DNA of 60,363 nt, filler included, from Sphacelaria rigidula (lineage: Eukaryota), in NCBI GenBank assembly GCA_964200075.2. It is 5 parts of 5 records of this genome, joined end to end, with 100 filler letters (N's around TTAATTAATTAA, not from the genome) between each part and the next. Parts side by side here need not be neighbours in the genome. Positions count along the whole stretch, not along the records: positions 12,095 to 24,087 come from CAXNAA020004261.1; positions 24,188 to 36,179 come from CAXNAA020004262.1; 3 more parts are not named here. The stretch is one strand, 5' to 3'. The translations under genes were made by a program, and so were the position numbers. Position 1 is the stretch's first letter; each line of letters begins with the position of its first letter. The notes beneath the pieces are model-generated. The model worked only from the letters and a program-made list of their open reading frames with translations. It was not told the DNA's origin and ran no database searches. Positions 12,649 through 26,340 of the stretch are shown in pieces.

Positions 12649-15600
12649 CTGCGCACTGTCCTTCCCGAAGGCCGCACCGAACAGGGTGATCATCTCGCCG
12701 CCCTCTCTCTGACAGGATTTTGTCGTGCCGTAGACAGCGTCCTGCTTCGTTACACAAGGCGTCCATTTTAGAGGCCCACGGAATGGTCAACTCTCAGCGT
12801 AGTAGGAGCACGTAAGGTATTGCTCTAGCTTACACAAGTACATTTTGAACCCTCTATTTTTGGCATTAGTGTGTCACACATGGCTCTCGCGACAACCGCG
12901 TAGCAAATAAATCGTCTCAAGGTGGGAATGACTATCGTATGTTTGCCGTTACGTGGAACGGTTCGCACCGGGAAAATGCTCTCCTACGAAGGAGCATCAT
13001 ACGCTGAGGTGCCATCCCACCTTTGCGTGTATACACTGGACGTGTTGAAAAATGCCGTGACAGAAGCACGAATTTTGTGGTTACTCGTGCGCTGTACGCT
13101 GTACGGTAATAGGTTCACAAACGTGTAGGGTGAGTGGTCTATGCTCTGGTGAAAGTGAAAACCCAAGGTCAGTGATGATGCCAGGCTTTCCGTCGCCGAA
13201 TGCACGGTGCGATCCGGGCAAATGAACCAAGTCAGAACCACTCTGCCGAGTAGAAATTGGTTCAGGTGCGTTTGTCAAGGGCGAAGCTTTGGAACTTATC
13301 CCAAGGAGAACTCTGGACAATGACGCACCCATATACAGCATATCTTGTTTCCTTCAAAGTTTCGGGCAATTGTCGTCGTTCGCGTGACGTTGACGTTCAA
13401 TGGTCGAAAGGGGGAGAGGCTGACGGCTGCACCTGAACGGTGGAGTTGTAGTGAAAAAGTTGGACACAACTCGAGGTAAAGAAAACTGTGTATTTATCAA
13501 TCGTAGGTTTGACGCTGCGATGCCCTTTCGCCATGCAGTTCTTATGCGATAGAATTCGCTGAGGAGACAAAAGTAGTCATCACAAAAAGTGAATACATAC
13601 AAGTATACAACTAACGCCCCTCGAAATTACGGAATTATCCCGAAGAAGGGGAAGGGTCCAAATTATCACAAAGAAAAACTGACGCCATGCCCTGGTGGCC
13701 AAAGCTGTACATGGACACTAGTTCTGGCGGGTATGTCGGCTGGAATGTCGGCAGTAAGGGTTATTCTTCTGGGGGCCGACGTCTTGGGGGCAAGTAATCC
13801 GATGACAGCCGAAGAACTGCGGATACGCTGATAGTTATCATCCAATGCTCGACGGGGAAACGCGAGGCAGGTACGTGTGGAGAGAGATGGCTTGATCCCG
13901 CTTTTCGAAACCGCTTCTAACCTGCTACAGAGAGCAACACGGTGAGTTGATAGGCCGAATTAGACACCGCAAGCACATTTTTTACGCGTGATGTGCGGCA
14001 GTCCTTGTCTTTCTTCGCTGTGCTGTGTGAGACTGCGAGCCTTTCCGCCCACGTGCGGCTCTACGTGCGTGTTGACGCTTTGATCCGGACTTCAGAACGG
14101 ATCCGAAGATGCAAGGGGAACCCCATCGGTGGTTTATGTATTGGCACACGCTGTAGTGAACGTTTCATAACATCAAATCTTCCACAAGGTTAGCCTCGAG
14201 GCATTGCATCTGTGTGCATCACGTTGGTTACGATGCACGGTTTTTCTTCGCTGTCGACGCGGTGAGGTTTTACACCTGGAGGACTTACGTTCCCGAGCGA
14301 CCATTGACACAGAAACGAATGAGTTCATCAACGTGATTGGTTGTTTGTTTTGGCGCCCTACCCGCCTCGGATCCCGATACACAATATCACTATTGGCTTC
14401 TCTTTCACAACGACAACCGGGTCGGACAAAAACGAATGCTCGCATCTCCTCATATTTCGCCAACAAATCTCAGCTGCTAGGAGTGACTCTTGGGCCACAG
14501 AACAATTTCTACACCAAACAAGCCTGAGAGTCTGAGCATTAAAATTGCACCGAATCGCTGACGCAATATATGAAGAAAAACGAATGCGGGAGAGACACTC
14601 ACGCTTGGTGCCGTGTGAGCTCCACTTCAGCCTAACCTATTTCGCCTTCCGAAGCCAACAGCGTTTCGGTTCCCGACCAACATGAACGAAATCGAGCATG
14701 AGGATGAGAACACTCGAATCGATCTTGCACAACGATGAATAAATACCCCGTAACGACACAAATGCGTCAGGGAAATAGTATGCTGCAGTTCCACCGCACG
14801 TAGCGTTCCAAATGAAATCCGAGGCTCGCATCGGAGTACCAAAAGCGAGAAAGAAAAGAGCGAGCAAGCCACTGCACCTCCACTCGGCCCAAGGACGTTC
14901 GACCAAGCTCGAGAAAGCCATTGACCATCACGTTGCGAGCCGTTCCGTTAAAGACCGCAACAGCTCTCCCCATCTCCGGCGTAGAGGGCGGCAGGTAGGA
15001 CACGTCGATGCATCCTCGGATGCGTTTGACGTTCGGCGCACGGACAACGCGAATCTGCGATTTGGTCCGCGGCACGAAGATAAGGTAGGTGTCGGAATGC
15101 GTATCATCACGTGTGCGTATCGTTCGTACAAACTGGAATGATGTGTGTACGGAAACATCGAAACATTAGTTCCGAATATACGTTTTTTTCTTTTTCACAA
15201 AGTACTCCCGGCATACGCAGCGGTAAACAAGAAGCAATTCGACCACAAAAATGACGTCATTTCGCTGGCCCCCGGATTTATTCATTTCCAGCGAGAGCCA
15301 GCTGATACTCCGCAAGCATTGTCCACCGGTTTCACGGTGGTGTGCGCAGTAACGTCAGGTAGTGTACGTGGGAATTGAACACGAACAGTCTGAGACTCCC
15401 GTGTTGTTTTGCTCGATGCTTACAGGACGCTATATATACTCGTACCACAGTACTGGTGGTGTCGGGGAGGAAAAACTGAAGTATGTCAGACGCTCTGAGT
15501 AATCTGTTGCGAACATGGGTGGTTCTACACTTTACAATTTCATCATCGACGTTCGCCCTGAGTAACATCTGCGGTACATCGCTCACCCAATCTATCTCGA

Positions 15601-18600
15601 ACGCATCCCCTCGCTTCGGCGAGAGCGAAGCGCTAGTCCTGCCGGGATCTTCTGCCGCTTCCAGCCCCACCCTTAACCTCAGCTGTGTTAAGATTCCCTG
15701 CAAACTCCTGTGTATCGGTATGTGGTATACCTGCTCTCCTCTCATTGGTGCAAACCCCACGAAACGAGGTGTCCCACCCCGTTACCCGCCGACAAGTTGG
15801 TTAGGTATGGCCCGAGACAGAAAACCGACGCAAAAATACACAGAGGGCAGTTGGTAGAAAATTTGAAATGTGTGTCAGGTGGGAGACAAAAGGGGTGTCT
15901 GCGAAAGTCCATTTTCGGCCCTTCACCTTTTCAAGAGGCAAACGCACTGAGTAATCCAATGCGAAATGAGGGGATTGCCATCACTTGATGTCTCATCGAA
16001 CATAGTTAAGGAAGGATCCAGAATCCGCACACCACGAGTATGTGCCGCTCGCAAGCGGGCGGTGCGTGTGAGAGTGTTGTCGTGCTGTCACAATGGGTAG
16101 TCAAGCGGCAAAAATATGAAGACGAAGAAATGTTTTACACCGACAACTTCACATGGGTGGGTAGACTCGATCGTATGTCGCTCGTGGTTCTTCCGCCCCG
16201 GCGATTGGCTCGGTCGGTCCCGACCAATCGCAATGAGTGCCCTCTGAACAGGAACCAATCCTACATTTCCGCCTTATCTTCAAACCCTTTCTTACATGGC
16301 AAACAAAAGTTACCCCAAAACGGGGACGTAACACCAGAAGAGATCTCTTGGGCGTGTGAAGAGTGTGCTCACGTATCATTTGGAGGTTCCAAGATACCAG
16401 GAAAATGAGAAGTCCCTGAAATACTGGTGGCAACAATGTACAGCTCCCTTCAAGTCTCATCCGCTACTACATAGGTACGGCATGTAGTGTACGTCCAGAG
16501 TATGTGATTAGGGTTTGGCCATTTTGAAGATATTTTGAAGCAGACTGAGAAGCATCTTCCGTCGCCCAATCTTCACGGTAGTGACGACACATCATTGAAC
16601 AGCGTATCACCAACACTTTGTGATGGAGGTCAGCTTGTTTTTTTTTTTAAACATGGACATTTCGTTTCAAACGTTTGACCACCAGGGTCGATCATGCCTT
16701 AGAAATATCACTTGAAAGATGACTGCAAGATTCAGATGACCCACCCTGACGGTCAAAGGGAGGGTGAACCTCGGAGCTGGCAACAAGAGGCGGGTGGCGC
16801 TCTACAGTGAAGTGATGTAATCTGATGCTTATCGATACCTACACAGAGACACCGCAGTGGAGCACGCGGCTTGCCCTGAGACAGATGGTATAGCGTCACA
16901 CATGCTGTATTGCACGTGAAGTTAGTTGCGCTGTGTATCCGAAGTATAGCATCATACATAACGACAGTACTGCTGTCTGTTGAAATCTGACTTGTTTTTG
17001 AAAAAAAACGTTGAGAATTTCCTGTCTCGTAAAATTGGAACAGGCAACGGGAAGGTGACGGTTCACAGCGAGGTGACGTACTCCGATGATTGCGGATATC
17101 TACATATACACCAGTAGTGAAGCACTCGACTGCTTGACTGGGAACTCTTTCGTCCTATGTTATTGCCATACCTACAAGACTCATCGTGGAATATTGAACT
17201 ACTGCCAGCAATCAATCCGCACGCGAGAGTTCTTCTATATCCTCAAACGTCCACTTTGATCAGAAACACTTCGGTATAGCGCACACGTGTACATTTGCGA
17301 AGTCTCGGCAAACGTTTCTCTCTTCTCTGAGGGAGATGTTTCTCCGAATGAACGAATCTGATTCACGAGGCAGCTCCAGAACCCTCGTTTCGTACAAAAC
17401 TCTCGAGAGAGATGACCTATCCCCAGTGAACAAACCTGCGGGGGAATCACTCACGTGGAAGGCATCGTCATTGACTATCTCGAAAGCAAGCGGCTTTGCT
17501 ACGGTAGTATCCCCCGGGCCAAGAAATTCCACCTGCTCGGCGACACGAGGAAGTTAAACATTCCAGGCATTCGGTGACCCACCGAGTGCGTGTGAACAGC
17601 CACGCCAAAGATGTCGACATTGAGTCGCCAACAAACGTCCATTTTTTTCTCATGTGAAAGATCTGCAAATGGTAGATCGTGTTTGGGTCCACGTAGATCA
17701 CCGAAGAAATCGAGAGCCCTCACTGGGTGCACGTGGTCTTCAACACGCGCAGTATCAAGTGAACCGTATCATCAGTGGACCCATGTAGACACTACTTGCA
17801 GATTACATGGAACTCTACAATACTCCTCTGATATAAGGCGGTCATCAAAGCAATGTGTCATTTTTTAGAAATGCAAAGAAAATGCCGTGAAGCTATCCAC
17901 GTGAGTGATGGAGTACTTCCACCCCACAGTCGAAGGGCAAATGCTCGTTTTGGTAAATTTGGCGAATTTGGATGCAAGTAGTTGAGTTCTTCTCCGGTTC
18001 ACGTCCCCGGAAAACTTGAGAACGTGAGTTTGAAATAGATAACAAAAAAATACCGTATTAATCACTATTAGGCTGAAGTGGAGGGGATGCAGAATCGCAG
18101 TCCTGAGGAAGGGTGTTGGTCGAATGTACGACCAAAGCAAGATGATGGGTCGCAGTGTCTTTTTCATAGGCGCTCGCGTTGTACGCAACGTATCGTGGAA
18201 CGACACACATATATATATCTATATATATATCTATATATACACTCCTCTGGTTTACTGAGTTGAAATTATTTTTATCCCTCGTGCTCGCAGTCACTTTTTT
18301 TCACACGGTCATATCTTGTCAGAAACCTGGCACTTCACTGGGAAACCCGTGTGCCATTCTTGTAGGCACGCCTCAACCCTGCCACAGAACTGTCTCCAAA
18401 AAAGATGTGCTCGAGACTAGCGAGCTACAACTAAATACTGCATGGCGACCTTCTCGGAATCTGACACGCTGGTAGATTTGGAGTTGGCAAATCAGCCACA
18501 AGCCGCCGTGCCCGGTGATCTAATCCTTCAATTGCCATCACTAGAGTGGAGAGAACGTGGGCTTGACTCCCGATGCGTTGGTTTAGCCGCGTCACCCGCG

Positions 18601-21600
18601 TCGTCTAATTGCCCGACTGTCACCATTAGGGTTGAGAAAAACGTGGGTTCCATTTCCGATGCCTTGTATTCTTTCTCCGAAGTTTCTGATTTCCACCGTC
18701 AAAAGCGGGAGAACATGAGTAAACGCTCAAGGTTGTTGACATGGGTTTGTTTGACGATAGTCGACGCGGTGCGCGAGTATTGATGGTCATGATCCAACCC
18801 GTTAGACCAAACTGGAAGGCGTGTACCGGGGAGAGATCGTTGATCCCTTGACACAACGGACTCTCCCCGAGAGAGGGGAGTGGTTCAAAGTGTGACGAAA
18901 TTAAATGATGGGAGGGAGTTGATCCAAGTATGACACAAATACTGCGAGTAGTCCCGTACCTCGCGAAGGCTGGCGCTTGCGTTGCCGTGGGTGTCGAGCA
19001 CGTACAGACGCCAGAAACGAGATCTGCTCGGAGAAACCTATAGGTGCACAAACCCACAGACATACACACACATATATATATATATATACATACATCAGCG
19101 ACAGGGGTAAAAAATACAACGGGTGATGTGCGTCCGGAAAGTGCCTCTGACGTGCAGAAGGTGATTGAATGTGATGACCCATTGTACATACACCGCACAC
19201 CCCAGGCGAAAAACAACACACAGCAACCCACCCCCAATGATGGCAGAGTAGAGTATGTACTATTTTTGTCGTTTGTCGAATCAGAAATATCCCTCTGTAG
19301 GCTTGCTAGCGCGACTGTTTCGAAAACACCCGAATCTTCCATCCCTGCACTTGAAACTCGATCGATGGCTCAGTCGAGCAGCAATTAAAACGTTCTGCAT
19401 GCTACTTGTAATAGCGCACGTACACAGACTACACGTTTGCATGCGAAACACCCACGCCTTAACTCAACCGAACCAAGGGCAGTTTTGTACGCCACGTAAC
19501 CCACCACGAATTGTTGCGAATCCGACGAGTTACGCATTGTCAAATTGGCAGCCGTCACGAACTCCCCTCCCACCGATCGCCCTTGCTGGACACGAATATT
19601 CCTAGGGTTGCTGTCCCCTCCGGGGGCCTGCTCGTGTATGTGCGATCACCCGATGCGAAAACGATCAGTCGAAGCGGGCTTTCAAGTGAACGGGGAGAAT
19701 GGTGGTGCGCAGTGGCGGAATTCGTTAGCGGAGGCACCGAGGCAGTCATAGCCAGGTTCATAGATGCTGGGTTGCTACTGGGTGACATGGTGCGTGTCAG
19801 CAAGGTGGTGCGTACTGTGGTCGATACAGAATATCGACTAACGGAGATACTAGATCGATGTTGTCCATGTGCACAACCGTTCCAGAATGTGCCGTCCCTA
19901 ACTGCATCTACACTGCCATCTACAACACGGTGAGTAACCTGCTTAAAGGTGTGCCCCGAATGGAACCCGTTCAAAAATGTAGAGCGCCCTACCACCTACA
20001 GTATATATGAAGATATTGCTATGTGGAGCTTGAGTTGGATGGCAGGAATCGGTGCTCACCAAGTCAGCCCCCGGCCTGAAATCGGATCTGTGATGTGATA
20101 ACCGGACCACCCGCCGTACCCTCCCTTGCATCGATACATATATTTACGAATTAGATGGTAATACGCGGTGAATGCCATATATGAGGGGTAGGTCAACACA
20201 ACAATGGGGATAACGAAGCACATCTTTGTACACCAATGGAATCAATAAGAGACAAACGCCTGCGTCACCTCCTACTCGTACACAGCCAGCGTACACGTAC
20301 CTTCAACCGAACGGCGGCGACCTCTCGCGGAACGCCGTAGTCTAGCGTGACCCACTCGTTCGAGTCGGAAGATGCTTCCCAGGTTGTGTACAGGTCCCCG
20401 TCGGCTGCTAGGGTGGCATTACTCCCTCCGCTCGACGATGCTGTCATGACCACGGCAGGGCTGTCCCTGCGACCACCACATCAAGGAAGAGATGAGATAG
20501 TTGGTGGTATCGGTACTTCTGGTGATGGGCGGAGGCATCCGAGTCCTGTACATGCTATGTTTTTCAATAAACTTTCCGTTTAGCAATCATGGCGCCATTA
20601 TCTATAGCCTTGGTCTTCGATATCATAATCTGGTCTTCGCAGTAGATAGTGTTATGCCTTCGGGGGAGTACTATACTTCTGGTATGTGACGTGTTCCCGT
20701 GGATTTCGAGTGCTCTCTCTAGTTCGATCAATCGCGCCTTAGATAACCGAGTACTCATCTACCTCACAGCAAATGAACACTGAGGAAGAACCTTTGCGCT
20801 CGAATACGCGAGGCACATGTTTGTCTCGAGGGGGTTGGAGGGTGCGCACTTCTAGAATGTCAATGTTTCAAAATCTTGTTCTTGATCTCAGATATCGCGG
20901 GGTCCCTCCGCGTAACTCTGGGAACCGCGAACTAGCTCAACGCCGAGATGGATTGTTGCCTACAGGTATGAGAACCGCGCGGTGAAACGCGGCAGAGGAC
21001 GTATCGACTGTACCTTAAAAGGGGCATGAATAGCTATATATCACGAGCAAACGAAACGGTGCTGTATCAAGCTTACCTCTGGGTCCAGGGGTTGATGCTG
21101 TGGTCGGTTTCTTTTGGTATGCTTCCTGTTCTCAGCTCCAGTCGGCCGAGAGTAGCTGTACGCACGACGACCACGTGAACTATATGTATAAAACGTAAAA
21201 AACACTGTCAGTGTTCGTGTGACATAGTCGGGTCCATCAGCTACCCTTGAAGTCAGTCTTGACCGATACTCGTGCGAATAACAACACTATTCAGCTAACG
21301 CCCGACGACACCACAACTACCGGTCACCGGTGAACACTGTCTTCTTGTACACCCCGCAACGGCAGCCATCCGGTTTGGTGAGCTACATGTATGGCTTTCC
21401 TATTAATAATATTGCTCGCGATTGATTACAGTACTCATGATCGATGCACGGACGGGATATTGGCTACTCGTCGTGTGATCGAGCGGTAGGGGTGGGGCAG
21501 TAACCGTACGACTATTTGTGCCTCTCGGGCAGGTCTTTGCGCAGGTGCAACATATTTGAGTATAAATTCCTACTTGTGTAAGTAATACTCGTACGATCCA

Positions 21601-23402
21601 TAATGCTTTTGCAAGAGACTCTTCCTGTACAGCGCTATTTTCGTGCTCGTAGACGTGTAAGTGGCGGACTGTAACCTCCACCCCTCGGCGAAGAGATCCC
21701 CACCTTGGTTTTCGCCTCTAGCATGAACGGCCGCGCTCCCGATTTATCCTGATTTCATGACAAGTATCGATACTTAACCTTCCGATGGCACAGCTTGTCA
21801 CCACCGCAACTTGCAACACAACCGAGGTCTGAATGTTCGAGTACTACTTTAGGTGGGTGTTATCCCGCGTGACCAAATAATCTACTACGATACTAAGCCG
21901 AACGCGTAACTTGGTTTACTGCTGATAGTCCATTTCCATTATTGAGTGTGTCGTTGACGTGACTCAATTACACCGCGAACTATGGAATAAAGATCTACAC
22001 GAGTGGGTGCTCTTCTAGTAAGAATCCACGCACACCTGCCCCGGAAGAGCGCATCCGTATCACCACGTGACATCGATCGTTCACCCGTACGCGAAATGGG
22101 GGCGAGTCGAGGTGAGGCATCGGACCGCGGACCGTCCCTCGAAGTGTTCCCGACGGTCCCCATTGCACCTCCGCATCCATTTCTGTGGGAGATGCTCGCG
22201 CCCAGTCTTGGGCCGAGCTGTCGAAGTCCCATAATACTTGAACAGCCAAGTGGTCAAGATAGAACAAACAGTGTTCGTAAAAGCGAGACAAGGTCATGTA
22301 TGTGCAGCCTGCAAGTTCATGAGGAAGGGGTCCAAGTAAAATACAGGTTGCGCAGGTACATCAATACTGTGGTGTGGAGCGGGGGCTGGGGGAGGGCGAG
22401 CTTATCTATTTCGTCCGCCATGGACATTTCCCCCCCTTCCGGGTAATGCTGTGTAAGTGCTATACAGTACTTGATTTAGTTGCACTGGTGCCGTCCGCTG
22501 GGTCGACGGAAGTAACGAAGCCATCAGGGTACATGTGTACGCGACAAGTTGCATATTATGGTGAAATGATCCACGGCGCCAGCACAAATGGCAACGCTCT
22601 CCTCTGCGTAGTCAGGGCAGCACACCACCCAAGACCTCAATTCATGAGTGATCGTTCAAACTCAATGCATCGCACTGCCATGCGCAACGCACCTTCTACA
22701 GCTGCCTGTCCTGCAGCTAACGCTTTGGGCAGGTATAACAATGCTGCGGTGGCAATTAACAACACGGTAACACCCCGCGATGGGGACGATTGTAAGGGGC
22801 GGCGCCGGCGGGTCCCCGCACGTGTTGGACTGCAGCCGCATCCTGGTGTTCGACATATCCTCACCATCATAACTTGCTTGGCTCTCCCAGCTGTACTCGT
22901 GTGTGGGCAAGAAATCCCTGTTACAGAGGGTGCAAAGGCGCAGATGGCCAAAGCTGCGTGACACATCCGGCGTACAGCACACGTCTAAACTTCGTAGATC
23001 CGGATCCAAAGATACTAAGATATCGGTCATGATTTAACACATTCGTTCATATCCCTGCTCCGTTGTGACCTTTTCTTTCTACAGCAGCCTCCACAACTAA
23101 TGACCATAGTTATCATGAGCTGTATTTATATGGTTTACTTTCTGCAACCGCTCCCCCATGCATACCGGCAACGTTCACGATGAATATTATTATCTACTAC
23201 TGCTCTTGATCTCTAGTTTACAAATTGCCCTATTATATTGTAGTTACATACGAACTGTCTTTGGAAGAGGGATATTCATGTCGCGAGTGTCCATCAAGAG
23301 ATTCATAATCGTAAGGGCGACCAATCGCTGGCCCACATTCTGCAAATACGAGCACCGGAGGAGCTCCTCCGCAGGCTTCAACAGATCTTCAGATGCCGGC
23401 AT
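12649..23402 (-). CDS. Putative cell-surface protein: CBM-like beta-sandwich with inserted F5/8 type C (discoidin) domain followed by IPT/TIG; 3'-partial. Exons: 23402-23252 (tentative), 22236-22036, 21155-21077, 20466-20301, 19938-19878, 19344-19194, 19023-18960, 17532-17455, 15730-15587, 15054-14878, 12741-12649
   Basis: A phase-consistent spliced chain reads LWDFD..W...EMDAEV..GTLRGTVRG..PHLDSPP..VVIRMR / ATLAADGDLYTTWEA..EWVTLDYG..VAAVRL..SRFWRLYVLDTHG..LREVEFLG / FEIVNDDAFHVYHIP..GILTQLRL..FEIDWIRVVRAP..RGC / YGTTKSCQREGGEMITLFGAAFG. The donors at 19877, 19193 and 14877 and the first exon are less certain. One more exon is possible at ~12320-12239. Confidence 0.78.
18505..18908 (+). mobile_element. 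tRNA-derived SINE family B, degenerate intronic copy
   Basis: Head GTGGAGAGAACGTGGGCTTGACTCCCGATGCGTTGG and tail AAGGCGTGTACCGGG..TTGATCCCTTGA..GGTTCAAAGTGTGAC both match the minus-strand copy at 41040-41356. Confidence 0.65.
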
Positions 23403-23416
23403 CTTCGCTGTTTACC

Positions 23417-23563
23417 TTATATTATTTTTATTACTCTTATTATTACTCTTATTATTACTCTTATTAATACTCTTATTAATACTCTTATTAATACTCTTAT
23501 TAATACTATTATTATCACTATTACTACTATTATTACTATTGTTGCTATTATTACTATTGTTGC

Positions 23564-23596
<33 letters not shown>

Positions 23597-23685
23597 CACT
23601 ATTACTACTATTATTACTACTGTTGCTATTATTACTATTGTTGCTATTATTATTATTATTATTATTATTGTTATTGTTATTGTTA

Positions 23686-23723
<38 letters not shown>

Positions 23724-23809
23724 TTTTATTGTTATTTATTATTTATTATTTATTATTTATTATTTATTATTTATTATTATTATTTATTATTCATTATTAT
23801 TATTATTAT

Positions 23810-23870
<61 letters not shown>

Positions 23871-23910
23871 TTATTATTATTATTTTTTATTATTTTCATT
23901 ATCATTATTT

Positions 23911-23987
<77 letters not shown>

Positions 23988-24008
23988 ATTCTTCTTCTTC
24001 TTCTTCTT

Positions 24009-24039
<31 letters not shown>

Positions 24040-24062
24040 TTCTTATTTATCAATATCATTAT
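23417..24062. repeat. Compound microsatellite: (TTA)n with 12-bp variants, then (TTC)n
   Basis: About 650 bp of TTA/CTA/TTG triplets and a TTC run at ~23988-24038, next to the contig end. Confidence 0.97.
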
Positions 24063-24087
24063 TAGCGAAAATGATGCCCCGCTCGAT

Positions 24088-24187
24088 NNNNNNNNNNNNN
24101 NNNNNNNNNNNNNNNNNNNNNNNNNNNNNNNTTAATTAATTAANNNNNNNNNNNNNNNNNNNNNNNNNNNNNNNNNNNNNNNNNNNN
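24088..24187. other. Artificial contig spacer
   Basis: N44-TTAATTAATTAA-N44. Confidence 0.97.
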
Positions 24188-24822
24188 AGGACCCAATGAC
24201 TCGGCCGGTTGCACTACCATGTTCTCTGAGTTCGGTTTGGAACGTGAGAGAACAGGTCTCGGCGTCGAAGTCTGGTCTTCAAGCCTTAAAGAACGAGCTT
24301 CCCTCGAATGTTGGTCTTCAGATCCCGAAGAACAAACAGCGCTCGCTTGAAGGTGGCGTGCCGCTCATCTTAAATGATTTCAAACCGCTAGTAGTCTGGC
24401 TTCGGGTCCGGCGAAGCGATTGGTTTCCCAATTGAGGGGAGGAGCCAGCGATATTGTTGTGCGACATCGTATTAGTACGCAACTTTTATTTCAAAAAGTC
24501 AGGTGCAGTATGTCTGGTCTGTGAGCTCTAATTAAAGGAGCGTGAAAGACGAGCTGCTACGTGGGAGCTTATATCCGGAATTACTGGATAATGAAGCCTA
24601 ATAGCGCCTGGGGGGACAGTGGGATCCGATGTGCTTGAGTAATTTATTCAAGCTAATTGCTGTATGTAACAACTATGTCCGGGGTCTGGTTAGCACAACT
24701 TTGTTAAGATTGTGGCGGTTAGGGGTATCAACGGGGCTCGGAATTGTGCACAGAACAGACGTATGTCGTCGAAGAAAAAAACGAGGACCCGATTGTCTGC
24801 AGCAACTTTGGTACGTGGAAGT

Positions 24823-25622
24823 CGTAAAACCTACACGTGTTCCAGGTGTGCGTCACAGGCAAACTACAGCTGTATTATCACGGGACAGGGTGAGGAGCAA
24901 CTGGCGGTGTGCAACTGAAACTTTTCGCTTTCAGATGCGCACGAAAGTTGCACAGTGCGATGCAGCACAAAAGCTTTTACAAAGCTTGGGTATGGGGCCG
25001 CGAAATCTGGCTGCGTAGTGCAGAGCGAAAGCCAGTTATCCAACGAAGTCGAGGCAACGTATGATGCACACGAAAGTTGCGCAGCAAGGACAACGCTGAG
25101 GGCGGTGCCGAAAAATGTAGTGCACAGGCAAGGGGCACCGGTTTCGGTGCTGTTTGTTCAAATGAGCACGTAACGGAGATTGAAATGTTTCGACGAGTAG
25201 TATTAGTATTTCAACGAAACTGTCTCGAAATAACAAATTTGTTCGTTCGAGAAGGGGTCAAAGGGGGGAAAACTTACAGTACGTTACGCTGTGTATTGTT
25301 ACTTACCACGGTGATGTACCGCGTTGTCTTACGGTTGTGCGAAGGACACAAGAGGACAACAAGAACAAAGTAGGCACCAGCAACGAAGCTAAAGCTACAA
25401 TAACAACAAGGTAGCTACGAGCAACGAACGTAAAGGGCCGGAACAATCCAAGGTTCGTGTACAGATGTCCGTTATCACACTCTGTGAGCACGGTTTGTAC
25501 TTGTTCAGTAATTTCGTGAAGAAAAGATACACCAGTCGCGTACAATCGATACTGAAAAAATAAGAGCAGCAGCGTGCCGACTTGGCGGGAGCTCAGATCA
25601 GGAACAGCGGCTCGCGATGAAC
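24823..25622 (+). repeat. Left arm of ~800-bp inverted repeat (partner at 34268-35077)
   Basis: For example TTACTTACCACGGTGATGTACC and GAGCACGGTTTGTACTTGTTCAGTA recur as reverse complements near 34570 and 34380. Diverged but colinear throughout. Confidence 0.85.
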
Positions 25623-26092
25623 TTCTAGCACTGAGCTGCGGAATTCCTACATCCTGTCGCTACTTGAGCTCATAACGTTTTTCGGGACGATTTCTGCCGT
25701 TATTAATTCCTGGAATGCCCGGATGTGTTAGTGAAACTACTGCCCGAACGCACTGTTTCCACTCGAGGAAATGTGTCCCGTGAAGTTCAATGATCCTCCC
25801 TATGACTTCAGTAACGGATGGCTCTCCAGAAACATTCATCCGTCACAATTTGTGTTACTACTACTCACACCTCAATGTTTCTTCACCTCAAGTTTCTTCT
25901 TCGTCTTCGTGACGGAACTATTCTCTTCACACCCCAGTTTTTGTCTTGATGTCCTCGCTGATGGGCGGGACGATCACGCTCCTTCCTTACTGCAGCTTGA
26001 CGCCGTCGATAGGGCGCACTTGTTGCTGGTGCCGAAGACTTCGGAACTATACGGTAGTCGCATAATAGAACTCAAGAACTATTGCTGTAGTA

Positions 26093-26340
26093 TGTGACGA
26101 AATCACGCCGTCACGTTGAGTATATAGTGATGATTGGATGATGACTTGGGATCTGTAATGATGATATGGATGATGACATGGACACAGGGGTGATACCATG
26201 ATGTGGTTTCTGGAGCCGCCTGGATGGCACTCCTGACTAATGGGATGTTGCAAAAGCGGACAACTGGAACTGAGGCCAGGTAGACTGGGGAGTCCCTCAA
26301 CAGCAGTGATCCAACGGTGCTTCCACTGGCTGCCGTCACA
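26093..26340 (+). repeat. 5' LTR (TGTGAC...GTCACA)
   Basis: 248 bp with TG..CA ends and a 6-bp terminal inverted repeat; roughly 90% identical by eye to 31735-31984. Confidence 0.93.

Noticed and set aside
15990..16150. Weak Merlin/ISXO2-like peptide (LIEH-VKEGSRIRT)
   Set aside because: Too short and frameshifted; no TIRs found.
17455..17532. Calx-beta-like reading of VEFLGPGDTT..IVNDD
   Set aside because: In spliced context it is the end of the discoidin domain and the resumption of the CBM-like domain.
19511..19933. Plus-strand 140-aa ORF ending at GTGAGT
   Set aside because: Antisense to the supported minus-strand gene and no partner exons found.
22374..22961. Plus-strand 195-aa ORF with a hydrophobic stretch
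   Set aside because: It stops soon after the hydrophobic segment, has no convincing donor or domain, and probably lies in an intron of the minus-strand gene.
23158..24135. 325-aa poly-Leu/Ile/Phe ORF
   Set aside because: Translation of the microsatellite.
24196..24530. Faint Gypsy RNase H-like peptide (RPVA..SLEG..NDFKPLVVWL)
   Set aside because: Too degenerate to call without a search.
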